Source of the DNA: Dehalococcoidia bacterium
Lineage (GTDB): Bacteria; Chloroflexota; Dehalococcoidia; GIF9; UBA5629
NCBI GenBank assembly: GCA_041653995.1
Contig: JBAZEK010000001.1
Coordinates: forward strand, 107,474 to 171,473
DNA: 64,000 nucleotides
Direction of reading: 5' to 3'
Shown here: piece by piece, positions 59,182-64,000 of the stretch
Position numbering within the stretch: position 1 is the first letter of the stretch
How the letters are laid out: each line of letters opens with the position of its first letter
Made by a program: the position numbers and the translations under genes
The notes under the pieces: model-generated
The model's database searches: none
What the model was told of the DNA's origin: nothing
What the model saw: the letters and a program-made list of their open reading frames with translations, nothing else

Positions 59182-60090
59182 ATGAAGGGCTTGGTTTTCG
59201 ATATACAATACTACTCCATTTATGATGGCCCCGGTATACGCAGCACAATTTTTCTGAAGGGATGTCCGCTCCGTTGTTTATGGTGCCACAACCCCGAGTC
59301 ACAGTCTGGTATGGCGGAGATGTCATATTTTGCAGAACGGTGTGCACGTTGCGGCGCCTGCATCAAAGCCTGCCCGCAGGCAGCGCTTAGCATGACTGGC
59401 AAAGGAGTCCTGCGGGATCGTGAAAAATGCTCTGTTTGTGGTAAATGTGCCGCTGTCTGCAGGAACAACGTCATGGAAAAAATCGGACGTGAGTGCGACT
59501 CGGAAGAAATAGCGCTTCTAGTCTCCAGGGATAGAGATTTCTACCAGGCTTCGGGGGGTGGAGTGACGGTGTCAGGGGGTGAACCGACAGTTCAGACATC
59601 GTTTCTCTTCGATCTTCTAATAAAGTTGAAAGCCTTGGGTATCCATACCGCTGTAGAAACCAGTGGATGTTTTAATACGGATTCTCTTGAGAAACTGCAA
59701 ACGCTTTCTGACCTTATTCTCTTCGATCTCAAACACTCTGATCCGGTAAAACATCGTGAGTATATCGGCACTGGTAATGAAAGAATACTAGAGAATTTCA
59801 GTCAGTTCGTTGAGAGAATCGGAAGCAAACGGATCATACCGCGAATTCCGGTAATCCCGGGTTTCAATGCTGATGCCAAATCAATGCATGGAATTTTATC
59901 GGTTCTCAAAGAATCCTCCTATAAGGGACCAGTACATCTCATGCCGTATAACAGAATGGCTAAAACAAAATACGAAAAGATCAACAGAGGCTGCGACTAT
60001 CGCGACATGGGCGAGCTAACCGACGCGATGAAGACGGAAATAGCCGGGATAGTTGAATCATATGGTTACGAACCATTGTTCAATCAATAG
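59182..60090 (+). CDS. glycyl-radical enzyme activating enzyme (radical SAM)
   Basis: The N-terminus is GLVFDIQYYSIYDGPGIRS. The radical SAM motif is C28-PLR-C32-LW-C35. Two ferredoxin-like motifs are present (CARCGACIKACP and CSVCGKCAAVC). Confidence 0.9.
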   Translation: MKGLVFDIQYYSIYDGPGIRSTIFLKGCPLRCLWCHNPESQSGMAEMSYFAERCARCGACIKACPQAALSMTGKGVLRDREKCSVCGKCAAVCRNNVMEKIGRECDSEEIALLVSRDRDFYQASGGGVTVSGGEPTVQTSFLFDLLIKLKALGIHTAVETSGCFNTDSLEKLQTLSDLILFDLKHSDPVKHREYIGTGNERILENFSQFVERIGSKRIIPRIPVIPGFNADAKSMHGILSVLKESSYKGPVHLMPYNRMAKTKYEKINRGCDYRDMGELTDAMKTEIAGIVESYGYEPLFNQ

Positions 60091-60150
60091 GATAATTCAG
60101 CTACAAATCTGTAACACAATAGGTAATTAAGAAATGTGTGAGGAATCCAT

Positions 60151-61521
60151 ATGAAAGACATTCAGCAGGTCTCAAATGTGAACACGGTCGAAGGCAGCGA
60201 ACGCCTCTCTCTGGGTGTTAAGTTGGGTTATGGCATAGGCAACTTTGCCTTTAACTTAGCGTTCCAGGTTGTCGCCCTTTTCCTGATCTTCTTTTATACT
60301 GATGTGTTTATGATCAGCGCGGCCTTTGCAGGGGCCATTTTTTTTGTATCTAAAGCCTGGGATATTGTCTTCGATCCGATGGTAGGATACTTTTGCGATC
60401 ATACAAAGTCACGATGGGGGAAGAAACGCCCATATATTTTGTTTGGATCGATATTATTAGGTATCTCGATGATATTGCTTTTCGCCTCCCCGAACCTTTC
60501 AGAAACAGACCGAATAATCTATGGATTTGTTACATTTATAGCCTTCTGTTCGGCAATCACTGTGGCGAATGTTCCCTACGGCTCCCTTACGGCCGATCTC
60601 ACGCTTGATGCCCACGAGAGGTCGTCTCTTTCGGGCTATTCCATGGCCTTCGCGCTTGCAGGAACGCTTGCTGCTGCGGGCGCAACGAAGCTACTGGTGG
60701 GATCTTTTGCTGACGAGACTACAGGATTTCGAGCTATGGGGATAATATATGCAGTTATCGTTGTCGTCTTGCTGATGATTACATTTGCGAGCGTCAAAGA
60801 GAGGGGTTTGTCTTCGGGAGAGGTAAAGCAGCCGCTTAAGAAGGATTTGGCGCTGGTAGTAAAAAATGGCCCCTTTCTCATACTAACCGGAGCGACTACT
60901 CTGATGATGGTTGGGATAAGTATTGTGGGAGTGGTGGTAAACTATTATTTTAAATATAACCTCCAGATGGAATGGATGATCCCCATCGCCTTCCTCCTAC
61001 TCTTCGTCACTGCGGGCATTTTCCTGCCTCTTTTCGTGTTTATCTCAAAAAAGAAGAGCAAGAAATTTGCCTTTAACACAGGCCTGATAATTTTTTCCAT
61101 CGCACTGGTACTTCTGTATTTTTTCAGTGATAAAGGCATTGAGTATATAGTTCCGATCTTATTCCTGGCTGGTGTGGGGATGGCAACCGTTTACCTGAGC
61201 CCGTGGTCGATGATTCCCGATACGGTTGAATTCTCCCAATGGAAGACGGGATTGCGCAGAGAAGGGATCCTTTATGGTTGTTTCTGGGTTAGCTTTAAAA
61301 TAGGAGCCGCGCTTGCGGGTTTTATTGCCGGGCAATGCCTCACTCTGGCGAACTATATTCCAAACATTGCACAGAGTGAAGGTACACTATTTATGATCAA
61401 GCTTTTAATGACTGCCGTGCCACTCATTTTCATTCTGGCTACTATTACGCTTATTTCTTTCTATCCCATCGATGCTGAAATGCATCGTAAAATGCTTGAT
61501 GAGATCAAGTCAGGAGCCTGA
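60151..61521 (+). CDS. glycoside-pentoside-hexuronide (GPH) family cation symporter (MFS)
   Basis: GAGGAA lies upstream. The GPH-type motif is WDIVFDPMVGYFCDHTKSRWGKKRPY. It has about 12 hydrophobic segments. Confidence 0.9.
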   Translation: MKDIQQVSNVNTVEGSERLSLGVKLGYGIGNFAFNLAFQVVALFLIFFYTDVFMISAAFAGAIFFVSKAWDIVFDPMVGYFCDHTKSRWGKKRPYILFGSILLGISMILLFASPNLSETDRIIYGFVTFIAFCSAITVANVPYGSLTADLTLDAHERSSLSGYSMAFALAGTLAAAGATKLLVGSFADETTGFRAMGIIYAVIVVVLLMITFASVKERGLSSGEVKQPLKKDLALVVKNGPFLILTGATTLMMVGISIVGVVVNYYFKYNLQMEWMIPIAFLLLFVTAGIFLPLFVFISKKKSKKFAFNTGLIIFSIALVLLYFFSDKGIEYIVPILFLAGVGMATVYLSPWSMIPDTVEFSQWKTGLRREGILYGCFWVSFKIGAALAGFIAGQCLTLANYIPNIAQSEGTLFMIKLLMTAVPLIFILATITLISFYPIDAEMHRKMLDEIKSGA

Positions 61522-61571
61522 TTGTAAATGATGGGGACCTGTAATGGCGTTTGTGGGCAGCTCGTTGCAAG

Positions 61572-61635
61572 AGGAGACATCAGAACGCATTAGTAAGGGT
61601 TCTACGCGAGTACCTTCAGGATATGCACTGCGTTT
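61572..61635 (+). pseudogene. decayed 5' stub of a third GRE gene (GRE2-like), start codon deleted and frameshifted
   Basis: It shares nucleotide blocks with the GRE2 5' region: AGGAGACAT (9/9), GAACGCAT (8/8), GTACCTT (7/7) and AGGATATGC (9/9). Translations in two frames give SERISK and LREYLQDM, against GRE2 SERIKRIRRRYLEDM. Confidence 0.55.
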
Positions 61636-61731
61636 TAAACAATTTTTATAACTGAAAAAGTTCATAATGATGAATCTATTCTGAGGTGAATTTAAAGGCC
61701 ATCGTAAAAGAAAAAAGGTGTAAATAACATT

Positions 61732-61833
61732 ATGTATGAAGATGTTGATATGCCAATAATTAGCGAACGTTATCTCGAAGATTTAAGGTTATTTCAATTG
61801 TTCGTAGAAACACCTGTAAGGAGTAACTCATGA
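61732..61833 (+). CDS. possible 33-aa upstream small ORF (MYEDVDMPIISERYLEDLRLFQLFVETPVRSNS)
   Basis: AAGGTG lies about 11 nt upstream of the ATG. The TGA stop overlaps the ATG of the next gene (ATGA). There is no homology evidence. Confidence 0.2.
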   Translation: MYEDVDMPIISERYLEDLRLFQLFVETPVRSNS

Positions 61834-62999
61834 ACAGCAACGAACGAACCGCAATCGCACTCAATCTGGGAATACCTGATCGTGTGCCTATCTACTCCGA
61901 GACCGTGATACAGAACCAGATTTACGAAATCCTGGGCGAGAAAAACAAGGCCGTTCCGCTACGCCTGATCCAGGAAGGCTTGACAGGGACGTTATTCAAA
62001 CTGGCTGCCCCACTGATAAATCGTATTGGCTGGTCCAATCGACAGGTAGAGAAATTTATGTCAAAAAAAATTGAAGCCGACATCGTCCTGGGATACGATT
62101 GTTCCCTGGCGGGGTACTCGGCGATTTTCAATCTAAAGGGTAACCGGCAGGCGACCGACATTTGGGGTAAGCTATACGATTTGGTAGCCGACCCGGATGG
62201 AAATGTGGACACGCCTATGTACCGTCAGGGATTGCTGACCACGCCGGAGCTATGGGACGCCTGGCCTCACCCCACTCCCGATCGATTGTATAAGATGCTG
62301 TATCCTATCTTCGCCGACCTGCAGAAACGCTATGGCAAGCGGATTTATCTGCTGGGCAGCCTGTCGTGTGCTGGGTTGTGGGAGGCGTCCACCGGGGGCA
62401 TGGGCTTGACAGCCTTCTCAGTTGCGCTACACCGCAATCCCGACTTTGTGCGGCGCATGGCAAAGTATTATGAGATGATCTGGCTGGCTACCATCCACGC
62501 TACTGCCGATGCTGGAATGCCGGCTTTAGTTTACGAGGACGATTTGGCCTACAAGAGCGGACCGATGGTTTCGCCACGTGTGCTGGATGAATTTTTCGGC
62601 CCCGGCCTGCGGAGAATCACCAAAGAGGCTCACAAACGCGGCTTGAAGATCATCATCCATTGCTGCGGCAACGTGAACCAGTTGCTGGATCTTTTCGTGG
62701 ATTGGGGCTTCGATGGTGCACAAGCATTGGAGCCAACTGCCGGGGTAGACCTGGCGGAGGTGAAAAAACGAGTAGGGAAGCGGATGTGCATTTTTGGTAA
62801 CCTTGACATCTCCCATGTGATGAGCCAGGGTACACGGGAGGAAGTGGAGGCAGCGGTAAAGTCGGCGATACAAGCTGCTGCTCAGGATGGTGGGTTCATC
62901 ATGGGTAAGACCAACTCGCACTATGCGGTGAAAGTCGAAAATACCCGCTGGATGATCGAATATACCCACCGCTACGGGGCGTATCCTATCGCACATTAG
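61830..62999 (+). CDS. URO-D family methyltransferase (MtaA/MT-type, corrinoid-dependent system component)
   Basis: AAGGAG lies upstream. The Zn-type motif is IIHCCGNV. It is immediately followed by a corrinoid protein gene. Confidence 0.85.
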   Translation: MNSNERTAIALNLGIPDRVPIYSETVIQNQIYEILGEKNKAVPLRLIQEGLTGTLFKLAAPLINRIGWSNRQVEKFMSKKIEADIVLGYDCSLAGYSAIFNLKGNRQATDIWGKLYDLVADPDGNVDTPMYRQGLLTTPELWDAWPHPTPDRLYKMLYPIFADLQKRYGKRIYLLGSLSCAGLWEASTGGMGLTAFSVALHRNPDFVRRMAKYYEMIWLATIHATADAGMPALVYEDDLAYKSGPMVSPRVLDEFFGPGLRRITKEAHKRGLKIIIHCCGNVNQLLDLFVDWGFDGAQALEPTAGVDLAEVKKRVGKRMCIFGNLDISHVMSQGTREEVEAAVKSAIQAAAQDGGFIMGKTNSHYAVKVENTRWMIEYTHRYGAYPIAH

Positions 63000-63021
63000 A
63001 TTGAAATCGATGAGGTGAGCA

Positions 63022-63660
63022 ATGAACGAACATGAAGCTATACAAGGGGTGTTGGCAACTGTTGTCAGCCTGGATATCGACGGAGTGACAGGGCAGGTAA
63101 GCGCTGCTCTAAAGGCGGGCGCCGATCCGCGCAATGTGCTGAACGAGGGTCTGAGCGCCGGCATGAGGATCGTGGGCGAGCGATTCCAGTCAGGTGAATA
63201 TTTCCTGACCGAGCTGTTGCTGGCGGGAGAGGTGATGAAAGCCGGCTTGGTCCCGCTGGAGCCATTGCTGGTCAATACCGATATTCAGGGCAAAGGCACC
63301 GTCGTGCTGGCAACCGTCAAGGGAGATATCCATGACCTCGGCAAGAACCTGGTGGGTATGATGCTGAGCGCCGCTGGTTTTGAGGTGATCGACCTGGGGT
63401 CCGATGTTGCCTCTCAGCGGATTGTTGAAGCAGTACGCAAACACAAGGCAAAAATCGTGGCGCTCTCTATGCTGCTAACACCCATGGTTATCTCCTTACG
63501 GTCCGCGGTGGAGGAGATAACCATGGCCGGGCTGCGGGATCAAGTAAAAATCATCATTGGCGGTGCCTGCACCACGCCGGTCCTGGCAAAAGAGCTGGGC
63601 TGTGATGCCCATGGAGAAGATGCGATGGCGGCCGTCTATCTCTGCGAGAAATTTATTTAA
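63022..63660 (+). CDS. corrinoid (cobalamin-binding) protein
   Basis: It has a B12-binding cap plus a Rossmann domain, with DxHxxG (GDIHDLGKN), SxL (LSMLLT) and GG (IIGGA). Confidence 0.9.
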   Translation: MNEHEAIQGVLATVVSLDIDGVTGQVSAALKAGADPRNVLNEGLSAGMRIVGERFQSGEYFLTELLLAGEVMKAGLVPLEPLLVNTDIQGKGTVVLATVKGDIHDLGKNLVGMMLSAAGFEVIDLGSDVASQRIVEAVRKHKAKIVALSMLLTPMVISLRSAVEEITMAGLRDQVKIIIGGACTTPVLAKELGCDAHGEDAMAAVYLCEKFI

Positions 63661-63713
63661 TATTTCAGTAGCTGGGGTTATTTCTGACTTAAATTAACAA
63701 GATTAGATAGGTA

Positions 63714-64000
63714 ATGAATAAAACTGATAATAAGGGTAAAATGACATCCATCGAGCGGGTAAACTCCCTTTTGAACAGGCAAAAATTCGACCGCGTGCCT
63801 TTTTTCCCCTTTTCGCTGGGCTTCAGCGCTAAGAACGTCGGGTACCCCATAGGTTCAGTGTACAGCGAACCTGTTAAAAGCTTCGATGCCCAACTATGGA
63901 CCCAGCAAATGTATGGACACGACCAGTACCCCTTTTTCGGCAGTGCTGTCTATGGGACGAGAGAGTTTGGTGGGGAAGTAGAGTTCCCGATCGGCGATTC
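63714..64000 (+). CDS. URO-D family methyltransferase, second copy (3' end outside window)
   Basis: It is not on the track because it runs off the window. From the ATG at 63714 it reads MNKTDNKGKMTSIERVNSLLNRQKFDRVPFFPFSLGFSAKNVGYPI..., which matches the MtaA-like N-terminal pattern (ER....L.....DRVP). Confidence 0.7.
   Translation, partial: MNKTDNKGKMTSIERVNSLLNRQKFDRVPFFPFSLGFSAKNVGYPIGSVYSEPVKSFDAQLWTQQMYGHDQYPFFGSAVYGTREFGGEVEFPIGD

Noticed and set aside
61732-61833. The ERYLEDL string in the small ORF as a fourth GRE N-terminal remnant.
   Set aside because: The similarity to RRYLEDM is at the peptide level only (7 residues). There is no nucleotide-level match, unlike the stub at 61572-61635, so it is probably coincidence.

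Overview
This is a densely coding 64-kb chromosomal segment from a moderately GC-rich bacterium with an anaerobe-type gene content (GC judged by eye only). The GH57 glycogen genes, PRC-barrel genes, etfBA, corrinoid methyltransferases, glycyl-radical enzymes and a palindromic repeat family that translates to RLRAPRNDI / CFASLAI-like pseudo-peptides are reminiscent of Chloroflexota, but taxonomy cannot be proven from this window. I support about 57 protein genes. Most are core functions: cobB (5' partial), purS-purC-purB-purE-purD, holA, and a glgC-glgA-ROK kinase-GH57-GH57 glycogen cluster coupled to mutS. Further core genes are argJ-argB-argD-argG-argH-rpe, rpmB, DAK2/DegV/recG, argS, trpS, an IMPase, an aminotransferase with an AsnC regulator, gatC-gatA, prfA-prmC, etfBA and an EF-G paralog. 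I saw no rRNA, tRNA, CRISPR array, transposase, integrase or phage genes. The accessory content falls into four groups. (1) A visibly lower-GC island of about 9.5 kb (about 52.3-61.8 kb) encodes a TetR regulator, two tandem paralogous glycyl-radical enzymes (GREs) with non-canonical catalytic loops, a single activase and a GPH-family symporter. It also carries decayed stubs of a second activase and a third GRE, and it abuts a corrinoid methyltransferase module. This is my best candidate for an undescribed system. (2) A low-GC islet (33.1-35.9 kb) encodes two surface proteins and is bracketed by copies of a REP/MITE-like palindromic element, with a third copy at 39.6 kb. (3) A hicB/hicA-like toxin-antitoxin pair. 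(4) Several small unannotated or degenerate ORFs. All family calls rest on motifs read from the translations. No database search or exact GC computation was possible.
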